A stretch of 64,000 nucleotides of DNA from Paracoccaceae bacterium (lineage in GTDB: Bacteria > Pseudomonadota > Alphaproteobacteria > Rhodobacterales > Rhodobacteraceae). Below are positions 1-9,303 of the stretch, piece after piece; positions within the stretch are counted from its first letter, which is position 1; each line of letters starts with the position of its first letter. A program made the translations under genes and the position numbers. The notes below the pieces were generated by a model, which searched no databases, was not told the origin of the DNA, and worked only from the letters and a program-made list of their open reading frames with translations. The stretch is from contig JALQUU010000002.1 in assembly GCA_023260655.1 (NCBI GenBank), positions 1,180 to 65,179 of the forward strand. The letters run 5' to 3'.

Positions 1-887
1 CTTGAGGGGTGCAACTCTCCGCCTTGAACGATGCCGATGGCAAGTGGCGTGCTTTGGTAGCTGGCCCATGCTTCGGTGCCCCATTCCAAGGATGTCAGGA
101 TTTGGCCGGGGTTTCCATTACGAAGCCGCGTTGCGCCCGCTTCGTTGGCCATGACTTTGGGAAGGCTGGCGAGACCGACTTCAAGCGGCAGGAGGAGCGC
201 TTCGAGTTCGGGCGTTTTGGCGAGGCTATCGACGGTTTCGAGGGAGATGCCTTGTTGGGCCGCGAAAGGCCCGGACCATTCGCGGCGGAGCCAGCGGACG
301 TGGCCGAGGCAGCCGAGTGCTACGCCGAGATCACGGGCGATGGAGCGGACATAGCCGCCCTTGCCGCAAACCATTTCAAAAAGGGCAGCGTTTTCATCAA
401 TTAGCTCAACGAGTTCGAGGCGCTCGACCCAGAGGTCTCGTGCGGCGAGGTCGAGGTCTTCGCCCTCTCGCGCCAAGTCGTAGGCGCGTTGGCCGTCGAC
501 TTTCACGGAGGAGAATTGCGGAGGGATTTGTTGGATCAAGCCACGGAAGGCGGGGAGGGCCGCTTCGATGTCGGCTTCGGAGGGGCGTTCGCTGCGGGTT
601 TCGGTGATTTCGCCTGCGGCGTCGTCAGTGGTGGTAGAGGCACCCCAGTTCACCACGAAACGGTAGCACTTCGTGGCATCCGTTACATAGGGGATCACTT
701 TGGTGGCCTCGCCCAAGGCGACGGCGAGTACGCCGGTTGCATCGGGGTCGAGCGTGCCGGAATGGCCTGCCTTCTGGGCATTGAGGGCCCAGCGGACTTT
801 GTTGACGACCGAGGTGGAGGTGATGCCAGCGGGCTTGTCGATGATCAGCCAGCCGGAAACCGGATTCCCTTTGCGTTTACGCGCCAT
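1..887 (-). CDS. truB: tRNA pseudouridine(55) synthase TruB (3' end runs off the window)
   Basis: Not in the ORF track because it has no stop in the window. My translation of the minus strand from the ATG at 887-885 gives [63 protein letters not shown]..., which contains the TruB GHxGTLDP catalytic-Asp motif. A GGAGAAGGAG RBS lies just upstream. Confidence 0.9.
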   Translation of the reverse strand, partial: MARKRKGNPVSGWLIIDKPAGITSTSVVNKVRWALNAQKAGHSGTLDPDATGVLAVALGEATKVIPYVTDATKCYRFVVNWGASTTTDDAAGEITETRSERPSEADIEAALPAFRGLIQQIPPQFSSVKVDGQRAYDLAREGEDLDLAARDLWVERLELVELIDENAALFEMVCGKGGYVRSIARDLGVALGCLGHVRWLRREWSGPFAAQQGISLETVDSLAKTPELEALLLPLEVGLASLPKVMANEAGATRLRNGNPGQILTSLEWGTEAWASYQSTPLAIGIVQGGELHPS

Positions 888-944
888 TCCGTTCTTCTCC
901 TTCTCGGAGCAACGGGCCTACTCCCTGCTTCACGCTCTGTCAAA

Positions 945-1868
945 TCACTCGGAGAGGCATCCTTTGATTGTAGCGGCCATGGCGCGGAGGGTGGCACTGT
1001 AAAGGTCGGGGCCGGGGGCTTGGTTGGTGCCGAGGGGATCAAGCTCGGCAACCTTCAGGGAGGTGCTGACGGCGGCGATCAGGCGGGGATCGAATTGCGG
1101 TTCGGAGAAGGCGCAGGCGGCTCCGGTTTCTTCGACGTGATGCTGGATTTCCGAAAGGTGCGCGGCGGAAGTTGGTGCCGCGTCACCAAGGGAAATCGAG
1201 CCGACGGAGGTGAGGGCGTAGGTTTCGGTAAAGTATTGATAGGCATCATGAAAAACGAGAAACGGGCGGCCCGAAACAGGGGCCAGATCGGCTTTGAGTT
1301 CGGCTTCGAGTGCCGTGAGTGAGGCGGCGGCGGTTTGGGCGTTTTGCGCGTAGGCTTCGGCGTTTTGCGGGTCTAGCGCCGAGAGGTTTTCCGCGATCAC
1401 GGAGAGCCAAGCTATGGCGTTTTGAGGGTCGAGCCAGAGGTGGGGGTCGATGCCGCTGTGGTCATGGCCTTCTTCATGGGCGTGTTTTTCTGCGGCGTGA
1501 CCTTCATGATCGTCATGTTCGGCCTCTTCGCGATATTCGCGCAGGATGGGGGCGGAATCTGCGAGTTCGACGGTGATGGCACCCGAGGCCAGAGCCTCAA
1601 GGGGGGTTTCCATCCAAGGGGTGAGTTGCTCGCTGACCCAGAACACCGCATCTGCCTCTTGCAGGGCGGCGGCTTGCGAGGGTTTTAGCGCGAAGCCGTG
1701 GGGGGAGGCCGCGCCGCTGACCAAGACTTCCGGCTTGCTCAGGCCGTTGGTGACCATTTCTACGAGTGAGCCAATCGGGGCGATATCGGTGACGATCTTG
1801 AGGCCATCGGCCCCTGCGATCGTGGGCAGAACGGCGAGGCAGGCAACTGGAAACAGGGCATGGCGCAT
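945..1868 (-). CDS. znuA: Zinc ABC transporter periplasmic binding protein ZnuA
   Basis: ORF 945..1886. It has a signal peptide (MRHALFPVACLAVLPTIAGA) and the His/Asp/Glu-rich loop HDDHEGHAAEKHAHEEGHDHSG typical of ZnuA. I prefer the ATG at 1868, which has GGAG 6 nt upstream, over the TTG at 1886. The gene is adjacent to zur-znuCB. Confidence 0.9.
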   Translation of the reverse strand: MRHALFPVACLAVLPTIAGADGLKIVTDIAPIGSLVEMVTNGLSKPEVLVSGAASPHGFALKPSQAAALQEADAVFWVSEQLTPWMETPLEALASGAITVELADSAPILREYREEAEHDDHEGHAAEKHAHEEGHDHSGIDPHLWLDPQNAIAWLSVIAENLSALDPQNAEAYAQNAQTAAASLTALEAELKADLAPVSGRPFLVFHDAYQYFTETYALTSVGSISLGDAAPTSAAHLSEIQHHVEETGAACAFSEPQFDPRLIAAVSTSLKVAELDPLGTNQAPGPDLYSATLRAMAATIKGCLSE

Positions 1869-1897
1869 GTGAGTCTCCGATATCAACGCGGCTCACA

Positions 1898-1916
1898 TAA
1901 ATGATATAACATTACA
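1898..1916. promoter_or_regulatory. Putative Zur box 1 in the znuA / zur-znuCB divergent promoter
   Basis: AT-rich near-palindrome aaATGATATAACATTAca sits in an otherwise GC-rich 105-bp divergent intergenic region. It shares the core ATG-N-ATAACATT with box 2. Confidence 0.6.
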
Positions 1917-1925
1917 CATCAACCC

Positions 1926-1945
1926 AAATGTAATAACATTGCATT
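1926..1945. promoter_or_regulatory. Putative Zur box 2
   Basis: aAATGTAATAACATTgca. 12 of 14 positions are symmetric (AATGT-N4-ACATT). It lies about 30 nt upstream of the zur ATG. Confidence 0.6.
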
Positions 1946-1973
1946 TAGGCATTCTCGCGGGTATAGCAGCGGC

Positions 1974-2453
1974 ATGCAAAACGATCATTTCCAGCCCCAT
2001 GACCACGCGCGCTGCATCTCGACGGCGCTTGATGCTGCTGAGCGCTTCTGTGCGGCCCAAGGCCTGCGCCTGACGCCTGTGCGGAAGCGGACGTTGGAGA
2101 TCCTGCTTTCCGAGCATCGGGCGCTGGGGGCCTATGACATTCTGGCGAAGCTGGATGCGGACGGGTTCGGGAGCCAGCCTCCGGTGGCCTATCGCGCGCT
2201 CGATTTCCTCACGGCGAATGGTTTTGCCCATAAGGTGGAGGCGTTGAACGCCTATGTGGCCTGCACCCATCCCGGTGCGGAACATGCGCCGGCCTTCCTG
2301 ATCTGCCGCTCTTGCGGGGTGGTGGAAGAGGCGGAAGCGGCCCCCGACAAGGGCCCCTTGGCGCGTGCGGCACGCGAGGCTGGGTTTGCGATTGAACGTG
2401 CTGTGGTGGAAGCACAGGGCACCTGCCCCGCCTGCCGGAGCGCACATCCGTGA
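1974..2453 (+). CDS. zur: Zinc uptake regulator Zur (Fur family)
   Basis: 159 aa with a winged-helix region (RLTPVRKRTLEILL...GAYDIL) and CxxC pairs (CRSCG, CPAC). Its stop overlaps the znuC GTG start. Confidence 0.85.
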   Translation: MQNDHFQPHDHARCISTALDAAERFCAAQGLRLTPVRKRTLEILLSEHRALGAYDILAKLDADGFGSQPPVAYRALDFLTANGFAHKVEALNAYVACTHPGAEHAPAFLICRSCGVVEEAEAAPDKGPLARAAREAGFAIERAVVEAQGTCPACRSAHP

Positions 2454-3211
2454 GCCTGATTGCGCTTCAAAACGTTTCCGTGCGCTTGGGCGGGCATATG
2501 GCGCTTTCCCATGTGAACCTGAGCATCGAGCCTTCCGAAGTGGTGACGGTGGTGGGGCCGAATGGCTCCGGGAAATCGACGCTGCTGCGCACGATCATCG
2601 GGGCGGTGCGGCCTTCCGTTGGAAAGATCACAGCGAAGCCGGGGCTGCGGATCGGATATGTGCCCCAAAAGCTGGCGCTGGACCCGACTTTGCCCATGAC
2701 CGTTGCGCGGTTCCTTTCGCTGCCGATCCGCCGGACAGTGGCGGAGATGGAGGCGGTTCTGGAAACCTGCGGGCTGCCCGGCCTTGCCCAAAGGCAGCTT
2801 TCTGAGCTTTCGGGCGGGCAGTTCCAGCGGGCGCTTCTGGCGCGTGCGCTTCTGGATAAGCCGGATCTTCTGTTGCTTGACGAGGCCACGCAAGGCCTCG
2901 ATCAGCCGGGGTCGGCCACGTTCTATCGCTTGATCGAGCAGATCCGGAAAGAAACCGGAACGGCTGTGGTGATGGTGAGCCATGAATTGCACGTGGTGAT
3001 GAGCACGTCGGATCGGGTGATTTGCCTCAACGGCCATATCTGTTGTGAAGGCCATCCCGAACATGTGGCCTCGGCACCGGAATATCGGGCGCTCTTCGGC
3101 ACAGGCACGCAGGGGGCGCTGGCGCTTTATCGTCATGCCCATGACCATAGCCACGATGGGGAATGTGACCACGATCACCCGCATAGCCATCCACACGGGG
3201 GGCACGCCTGA
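2450..3211 (+). CDS. znuC: Zinc ABC transporter ATP-binding protein ZnuC
   Basis: Walker A GPNGSGKST, signature LSGGQFQR, Walker B LLLLDE, and a His-rich C-terminal tail HAHDHSHDGECDHDHPHSHPHGGHA. Confidence 0.9.
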   Translation: MSLIALQNVSVRLGGHMALSHVNLSIEPSEVVTVVGPNGSGKSTLLRTIIGAVRPSVGKITAKPGLRIGYVPQKLALDPTLPMTVARFLSLPIRRTVAEMEAVLETCGLPGLAQRQLSELSGGQFQRALLARALLDKPDLLLLDEATQGLDQPGSATFYRLIEQIRKETGTAVVMVSHELHVVMSTSDRVICLNGHICCEGHPEHVASAPEYRALFGTGTQGALALYRHAHDHSHDGECDHDHPHSHPHGGHA

Positions 3212-4011
3212 TGTTTGACGATTTCCTCGTAAGAGCGGCTTTGGCGGGGGCGGGCACGGCATTGGCGGCGGCACCCATGGGGTGCTTCGTGGTTTGGCGG
3301 CGCATGGCCTATTTCGGCGACGCAACGGCGCATGCCTCGATCCTTGGCGTGGCGCTTTCGCTGGCCTTCTCGGTGCCGGTGGTTTGGGGCGCGGCGGCGG
3401 TTGCGCTTCTGATGGCCTCTATCGTGTCGACGCTTTCGGGGCGGGGCTTTGCGATGGACACCCTTCTGGGCGTGATGGCGCATTCGGCGTTGGCGTTCGG
3501 GCTGGTGGCGGTTTCCTTCATCGATGGCGTGCGGATCGATCTGATGGCCTATCTCTTCGGGGATATTCTGGCGGTAACGAAATCCGATCTGGCCTTCATC
3601 TGGGGCGGTGCGGCAATCGTTCTGGCGCTTCTGGCGCTTCGGTGGCAGGCGCTTCTGACGGCAACGCTGAACCCCGATCTCGCTCAAGCGGCGGGGTTCG
3701 ATCCGCGGCGCGAGCAATTGGTGCTTACACTGGGGTTGGCCTTGGTGGTGGCGGTGGCAATCAAGGTGGTGGGTGTGCTTCTGATCGCGGCCTTGCTGCT
3801 TATTCCGGCAGCGGCGGCGCGACCTTTTTCGCGCACGCCGGAAGGGATGGCAGGGCTTGCGGCAGCGATCGGGGTTTCGGCGGCTTGCCTCGGGTTATGG
3901 GCGAGTTGGGAGTTCGACACCCCCGCCGGGCCCTCGATCGTTTGTGCGGCGGCTATGGCTTTCGCTCTGGCCTCGCTCTGGCGCGTGGCTGCGCGGCAGA
4001 ACGGGGGCTGA
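3211..4011 (+). CDS. znuB: Zinc ABC transporter permease ZnuB
   Basis: 266-aa polytopic membrane protein. Its start overlaps the znuC stop (TGATG). The ABC-3 family look and the operon context support the call. Confidence 0.85.
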   Translation: MFDDFLVRAALAGAGTALAAAPMGCFVVWRRMAYFGDATAHASILGVALSLAFSVPVVWGAAAVALLMASIVSTLSGRGFAMDTLLGVMAHSALAFGLVAVSFIDGVRIDLMAYLFGDILAVTKSDLAFIWGGAAIVLALLALRWQALLTATLNPDLAQAAGFDPRREQLVLTLGLALVVAVAIKVVGVLLIAALLLIPAAAARPFSRTPEGMAGLAAAIGVSAACLGLWASWEFDTPAGPSIVCAAAMAFALASLWRVAARQNGG

Positions 4012-6951
4012 CTTCGGCCAGACGGCACCTTTCGGGGCGGTCAGGCGGGGGCGCAGGAGGGCCAAGGGGTGGGCCCTGAGGGAAAAGCGGAAGGAGATGT
4101 AATCTTCCACGACCTCTTCGCCCAAACCCATCTTCGGCAGGTTTGCTTCCGGCTCGGTGATGCTTTCGCCGTCAATGTCATAAGCAAAGAGCGGCAGGGG
4201 CTTTTCGCCCACGATGCCGCGCGCTTCCCAAAGCGCCTCGCGGCGTGACATGCCGAGGCAGGCGAAGGCATCGGCTTCGGCCAAGCGATGCAGCACAATC
4301 GGCGAGACCCCTGCCCGCCGCCAGACATCCTGCACCGAGCGGTAGCCGTTGCCGCGCGCTTCGGCGAGCCACGCTGCATCTTCCACGCTCATGCCCTTGA
4401 GTTGGCGGAACCCGAGGCGGAGCGCCAATCCGCCTTTGCCGTCGGGTTCGAGAATGTTGTCGTAGTAGCTTTCGTTGATGGTGATCGGGCGGACATCGAC
4501 GCCGTGTTCGCGCGCATCGCGGATGATCTGGGCGGGGGCGTAGAAGCCCATCGGCTGTGAATTCAGGAGCGCACAGGCGAAAATGCCGGGATGATGGCGT
4601 TTGATCCATGCGGAGGCGTAAACGAGGAGCGCGAAAGAGGCGGCGTGGCTTTCGGGGAAGCCGTAGCTGCCGAAACCTTCGATCTGGGAAAAGCACCGCT
4701 CGGCAAAATCCTGTTCGTAGCCGTTCTTCGCCATGCCTTTCAGGAAACGGTCGCGGAATTCACTGACATTACCGTGTTTCTTGAAGGTGGCGAGAGAGCG
4801 GCGGAGGCGGTCTGCTTCGGTGGGGGTGAAGCCCGCGCCGATGATGGCGATCTGCATCGCCTGTTCCTGAAAGAGTGGCACGCCAAGGGTTTTGCCGAGG
4901 ACGCGGCCAAGCTCATCGGAGGGGAAGGACACTGGCTCTTCGCCGTTACGCCGCCGGATATAGGGGTGCACCATATCGCCCTGGATCGGGCCGGGGCGGA
5001 TGATCGCCACTTCGATCACCAGATCGTAGAAACAGCGCGGGCGCATGCGGGGCAGGAAGTTCATCTGCGCGCGGCTTTCCACTTGGAACACACCCACGGT
5101 ATCAGCGCGACCAAGCATGGCGTAAACGGCGGGATCTTCGGGGGGGAGCGACGCCAGCGAATGTTGCACGCCCTTGTGCATGGTCAGAAGATCGAAGGAT
5201 TTGCGGATGCAGGTGAGCATGCCCAAGGCGAGGATATCGACCTTGAGGATGCCGAGCGTGTCGATATCGTCCTTGTCCCAGCAGATGACGGTGCGGTCTT
5301 CCATGCTGGCGTTCTCGATGGGAACGAGTTCGTCCAAGCGCCCTTCGGTGATGATGAAGCCGCCCACGTGCTGCGAGAGATGGCGGGGGAAGCCGATGAT
5401 TTCCTCGATCAGTTCGAGCGCGAGAACCAAACGCAGTTCGGTTGGATCAAGGCCCAATTCGCGCAAGCGATGGGCTTCGAGGCCAGACATGCCGGAGCCG
5501 AAGCCCCAGATCTGGCTTGAGAGCATCGACTGGATTTCCCGCGACAAACCAAGGGCTTGGCCAACCTCGCGCACGGCGCGTTTGGCGCGGTAATGGATCA
5601 CGGTGGCGCAGAGGCCGGCGCGGTGGCGACCGTAGCGCTCGTAGATCCACTGGATCACTTCTTCGCGGCGTTCGTGTTCGAAATCGACGTCGATATCCGG
5701 GGGTTCGTTGCGGGCCTCGGAGATGAAACGCTCGAACACCATGGTGCCGACTTCGGGGGAAACCGAGGTGACGCCAAGGCAGAAGCAGACCACCGAATTC
5801 GCCGCCGATCCGCGCCCTTGGCAGAGGATGCCGCGCGAGCGGGCGAAGGCGACGATGTCGTTCACGGTGAGGAAATAGGGTTCGAATTTGAGTTGGGCGA
5901 TGAGGGAAAGCTCGTGTTCGATCTGCTTGAGGACGCGATCGGGCGCGCCTGTGGGGTAACGGTCTTTCAGGCCTTTGTAGGTGAGGCGGCGGAGGCGTTC
6001 GGTGGGGGTTTCGCCTTCGGCAATCTCGGAGGGGTATTCGTAGCGCAATTCGTCGAGCGAGAATGTGAGGCGGGTGGCGAGGCGGGCGGCGGCGTCGACG
6101 GCGGTTTGATGATCGCGGAAGAGGCGGCGCATTTCACGGTCGGAGCGGAGGCGAACCTCGGCATTGGGGAGGGCGGCGACGCCGAGGCGTTCCACCGTTT
6201 TGCCGAGGCGCACGGCCGAGAGCACATCCGCGATTTTGCGCCGCGTGCTGTCGTGCATGAGGGGGCGGGCGGAGGCGAGCGGGGGGAGGCCAAGCTGTTC
6301 GGCCAGCCGGATTTGTGCCAGTTGGCGGAGCTTGTCCTTGCCGTCGTATTCGGCGACGAGGAGGAAGTGTATCTGGCTGCGCAACTGGCGCACGATGCGC
6401 TCGGCATGGGGGAGCCAATCGGGTTTCGGCAGGGCAGGCCACGGCGCGCGGGGGCGGGTAACGACGCCTTCAAGTGCATCGAACGGCGGGTGCAGGAGAA
6501 ACTGCAAACCGCAGGAAAAGCGAAACAATTCAGCAAGATGCAGGCGGCAATCGCCCTTCGTGGCGTGGCGTTTTCCTTTGGTGAGAAGGCGGCAGAGATT
6601 GGCCCAGCCCTGACGGTTTTCGGGCAGCGCGGTGAGAGCGATGCCTTCCTCGAAGACCAGAGTGGCGGCGGGAATGAGGCGGGGGCACACCATCTGCCAG
6701 CCCGCGGAAAGCCCGGGGGGTGCGGGCGGGCCGATCTCGGGCAGGCTCAGGCGTTCGGCGGCTTCGCGAGAAATTTCGCGGGCGGCGGAGTGGGCGCGCA
6801 CGATTCCTGCAACGGAATTGATATCGGCAATCGCCACGGCGGGCAGGCCGAGGCGGGCGGCTTGGTGCATCATCTCTTCGGGGTGCGAGGCCCCGGTGAG
6901 GAAGGTGAAATTGCTGAGAGCGGCAAGCTCGGCGAAGGGAGATTCGGTCAT
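3895..6951 (-). CDS. dnaE2: Error-prone DNA polymerase DnaE2 (Pol III alpha paralogue), apparently lacking the C-terminal OB-fold region
   Basis: Real start is at 6951: MTESPFAELAALSNFTFLTGASHPEEMM, the canonical DnaE2 PHP-domain N-terminus. Homology runs through ...EDYISFRFSLRAHPLALLRPRL. After that only about 45 non-homologous residues follow, and these overlap znuB on the opposite strand (3895-4011). The upstream 233 codons of the track ORF are a Pro/Arg-rich shadow. Confidence 0.8.
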   Translation of the reverse strand: MTESPFAELAALSNFTFLTGASHPEEMMHQAARLGLPAVAIADINSVAGIVRAHSAAREISREAAERLSLPEIGPPAPPGLSAGWQMVCPRLIPAATLVFEEGIALTALPENRQGWANLCRLLTKGKRHATKGDCRLHLAELFRFSCGLQFLLHPPFDALEGVVTRPRAPWPALPKPDWLPHAERIVRQLRSQIHFLLVAEYDGKDKLRQLAQIRLAEQLGLPPLASARPLMHDSTRRKIADVLSAVRLGKTVERLGVAALPNAEVRLRSDREMRRLFRDHQTAVDAAARLATRLTFSLDELRYEYPSEIAEGETPTERLRRLTYKGLKDRYPTGAPDRVLKQIEHELSLIAQLKFEPYFLTVNDIVAFARSRGILCQGRGSAANSVVCFCLGVTSVSPEVGTMVFERFISEARNEPPDIDVDFEHERREEVIQWIYERYGRHRAGLCATVIHYRAKRAVREVGQALGLSREIQSMLSSQIWGFGSGMSGLEAHRLRELGLDPTELRLVLALELIEEIIGFPRHLSQHVGGFIITEGRLDELVPIENASMEDRTVICWDKDDIDTLGILKVDILALGMLTCIRKSFDLLTMHKGVQHSLASLPPEDPAVYAMLGRADTVGVFQVESRAQMNFLPRMRPRCFYDLVIEVAIIRPGPIQGDMVHPYIRRRNGEEPVSFPSDELGRVLGKTLGVPLFQEQAMQIAIIGAGFTPTEADRLRRSLATFKKHGNVSEFRDRFLKGMAKNGYEQDFAERCFSQIEGFGSYGFPESHAASFALLVYASAWIKRHHPGIFACALLNSQPMGFYAPAQIIRDAREHGVDVRPITINESYYDNILEPDGKGGLALRLGFRQLKGMSVEDAAWLAEARGNGYRSVQDVWRRAGVSPIVLHRLAEADAFACLGMSRREALWEARGIVGEKPLPLFAYDIDGESITEPEANLPKMGLGEEVVEDYISFRFSLRAHPLALLRPRLTAPKGAVWPKSAPVLPRSHAPERGQSESHSRRTNDRGPGGGVELPTRP

Positions 6952-6962
6952 GAAGGAAGTAT

Positions 6963-6977
6963 ATTCATGATTTGTTC
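6963..6977. promoter_or_regulatory. Putative LexA (SOS) box upstream of dnaE2
   Basis: On the dnaE2 strand the sequence reads GAACAAATCATGAAT, i.e. GAAC-N7-GAAT. That is one mismatch from the alphaproteobacterial SOS box GAAC-N7-GAAC / GTTC-N7-GTTC. It lies 12 nt upstream of the dnaE2 ATG. Confidence 0.5.
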
Positions 6978-7052
6978 TTTTTCGAGTCCCCCGAGTGGCT
7001 TGCGCGCGGGCAGCGCAGGCTCTACCTCCGAGGGGATGATGGAGGAACGGGC

Positions 7053-8399
7053 ATGGGCGCGCATCTGCAGGAACTGACGCAAGCATTGTTGCAGGCCGCG
7101 AAGGTGGCCGGAGCGGACTCGGCGGACGCGATGGCCGTGGACGGAACTTCGGTGCATGTGGACGTGCGCAACGGCGCGTTGGAGCAGGCGGAGCGCTCAG
7201 AAGGCATCGAGATTGGACTTCGGGTGTTGGTTGGCAAGCGCCAAGCCGTTGTTTCTGCATCAGATATCCGAACCGAGACGATGGCCGCGATGGCCGAGCG
7301 CGCGGTGGCGATGGCCAAGGAAGCGCCGGAAGATCCGCATGCGGGGTTGGCCGATGCGAGCCAGTTGGCGGCGGATCGTGATGCCACGGGGCTTGATCTG
7401 GTGGATATGGGCCCAGAGCCGGAGCCGGCTTGGCTGAAGGAGCAAGCGCAGCGCGCGGAGGCGGCGGCGAAGGCGGTTCAGGGCGTTTCGCAGGTGCAGG
7501 GAGCCTCGGGCGGATGGAGCCGGACGGGCGTGTGGATTTCAGCAAGCAACGGGTTTTCGGCGGGCTATAGCCGCAGCGCGGCTTCGGTTTCCTGCACGGC
7601 GATTGCCGATGAAGGGCTTGGGATGGAGCGGGATTATGATGGCGATACAAGGATTTACGCCTCTGATCTGCGGAGCCCGGAAGAGATTGGCACCCAAGCG
7701 GGGCAGCGGGCGGTGGAGCGGCTCAACGCCAAGAAACCGCCGACGGGGCATTATCCGGTGCTCTTCGACGAACGGATTTCGGCCTCGCTGATAGGGCATC
7801 TGCTGGCGGCGGCGAACGGGGCCTCGGTGGCACGTGGGTCAAGCTGGCTTTTGGGGCGGCTGGGCGAGCAGGTTTTGCCGAAAGGCATTGATTTGATTGA
7901 AGAACCGCACCGCATGCGGGTGGGCGGATCGCGCCCTTTCGATGCGGAAGGCTTGGCCACGAAGCGGCGGGCGATTGTGGAAGACGGGATGCTCACGGGC
8001 TGGACGCTGGACCTCGCTTCGGCGCGGAAGCTGGGGCTGGAGAGCACGGCGAATGCGGCACGGGGTGTTTCGGCACCGCCTGCGCCGTCGAGCTGGAATG
8101 TGTCGATTACTCAAGGGGTTAAGAGCCGTGAGGCGCTGATCGCGGAGATGGGAACGGGGCTTTTGGTGACCTCGATGATCGGTGCGACGATCAACCCGAC
8201 AACGGGCGATTATTCGCGTGGGGCGGCGGGGCTTTGGGTGCAGAACGGTGAGGTGACCCATGCGGTCAACGAGTGCACCATCGCGGGTAACCTCATGGAA
8301 ATGCTGACGAATATGATCCTCGCGAATGATGCGCGCCTGCATCTGTCGCGCCCGACGCCTTCGATTCTGGTGGAAGGGATGACCCTTGCCGGTGCCTGA
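7053..8399 (+). CDS. pmbA: Metalloprotease PmbA/TldE (TldD/PmbA family)
   Basis: MGAHLQELTQALLQAAKVAGADSADAMAVDGTSVHVDVRNGALEQAERSEG... has the typical PmbA architecture. The ATG at 7053 is preceded by GGAGGAA. Confidence 0.85.
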   Translation: MGAHLQELTQALLQAAKVAGADSADAMAVDGTSVHVDVRNGALEQAERSEGIEIGLRVLVGKRQAVVSASDIRTETMAAMAERAVAMAKEAPEDPHAGLADASQLAADRDATGLDLVDMGPEPEPAWLKEQAQRAEAAAKAVQGVSQVQGASGGWSRTGVWISASNGFSAGYSRSAASVSCTAIADEGLGMERDYDGDTRIYASDLRSPEEIGTQAGQRAVERLNAKKPPTGHYPVLFDERISASLIGHLLAAANGASVARGSSWLLGRLGEQVLPKGIDLIEEPHRMRVGGSRPFDAEGLATKRRAIVEDGMLTGWTLDLASARKLGLESTANAARGVSAPPAPSSWNVSITQGVKSREALIAEMGTGLLVTSMIGATINPTTGDYSRGAAGLWVQNGEVTHAVNECTIAGNLMEMLTNMILANDARLHLSRPTPSILVEGMTLAGA

Positions 8400-9198
8400 T
8401 CCCGCAGAGGATCTTGCGCTGCTCGTGGAAGCGGCGCGGGCGGCGGGGGAATTGGCTTCGCAATATGCGGGGCCGACGCCTGTTCTGCATGAGAAACCGG
8501 GTGGGCAGGGGCCGGTGACGGAGGCGGATCTGGCGGTAGATCGGCTTTTGCATCAAAGGCTTACGGAGGCGCGGCCGGATTATGGCTGGCTCTCGGAAGA
8601 GACGCTGGACGGGCCGGGGCGGTTGGCGCGGCGGCGGGTTTTCATCGTTGATCCAATTGACGGGACGCGCGCTTTTGCCGACGGGCAGGACAGTTGGGCG
8701 CATTCCCTGGCGATTGTCGAAGCCGGGGTGGTGATTGCGGCGGTTATTTATTTGCCTTTGAAATCAGAGCTATACGCGGCGATCCTTGGGGGTGGAGCCA
8801 CCTTGAACGGTGCGCCGATCCACCCCACGGCGCAGGCCGCAGCAGAGGGCGCGCGGGTGTTGGCGGCGCGGCCTGTGATGGAGGCGATGCATTGGCGGGG
8901 CGAGGTTCCGGCGTTCGAGCGGCATCATCGGCCTTCCTTGGCGTGGCGACTTTCCTTGGTGGCGGAAGGCGCGTTCGATGCGATGCTCACGCTGCGCCCT
9001 TCGTGGGAGTGGGACATTGCGGCGGGCGCGTTAATTCTGGCTGAAGCGGGCGCTCGGGTGACCGATAGGCAGGGTAAGCCTTTGAAATTCAACAACCCGC
9101 ATCCGCAAGTGAACGGCGTGTTGGCGGCTGGGCCTGCGCTGCATCAGGTGCTTTTGCGGGCGTTGCGCCAGCCCGAGGATGCGCCGCGTTTGGTGTGA
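8386..9198 (+). CDS. Inositol monophosphatase / 3'(2'),5'-bisphosphate nucleotidase (CysQ-like) family protein
   Basis: IMPase motifs WLSEE, FIVDPIDGTRAF and WEWDIAAG. It overlaps the pmbA 3' end by 14 nt. Confidence 0.8.
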   Translation: MPVPDPAEDLALLVEAARAAGELASQYAGPTPVLHEKPGGQGPVTEADLAVDRLLHQRLTEARPDYGWLSEETLDGPGRLARRRVFIVDPIDGTRAFADGQDSWAHSLAIVEAGVVIAAVIYLPLKSELYAAILGGGATLNGAPIHPTAQAAAEGARVLAARPVMEAMHWRGEVPAFERHHRPSLAWRLSLVAEGAFDAMLTLRPSWEWDIAAGALILAEAGARVTDRQGKPLKFNNPHPQVNGVLAAGPALHQVLLRALRQPEDAPRLV

Positions 9199-9270
9199 CG
9201 TATGGCATGATGCGCCGAGTTTCCAGCGAATTCATAGTTAACGCCATGAATCTGCTGAAAATTTTAGATA

Positions 9271-9303
9271 TGGATTGCGTCTGGAATGCGTATGGATTGC
9301 GTC
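9271..9303 (+). repeat. Three tandem 11-bp direct repeats TGGATTGCGTC / TGGAATGCGTA / TGGATTGCGTC
   Basis: Read directly from the sequence at 9271-9281, 9282-9292 and 9293-9303. An AT-rich stretch ctgaaaattttagata precedes the repeats. They lie in a convergent intergenic region. Confidence 0.7.

Noticed and set aside
5557-7077. 506-aa plus-strand ORF (and similar ones at 4591..5520, 489..1322, 2252..3325)
   Set aside because: They are antisense shadows of dnaE2, truB/znuA and zur/znuC. They are Gly/Ala/Glu/Arg-rich with no motifs, while the opposite strand carries unambiguous genes.
6952-7650. N-terminal 233 codons of the 1251-aa track ORF 3895..7650 (would make a much longer DnaE2)
   Set aside because: The translation is Pro/Arg/Ala-rich low-complexity sequence and lies antisense to the well-supported pmbA gene. 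DnaE2 homology begins exactly at MTESPF (6951).
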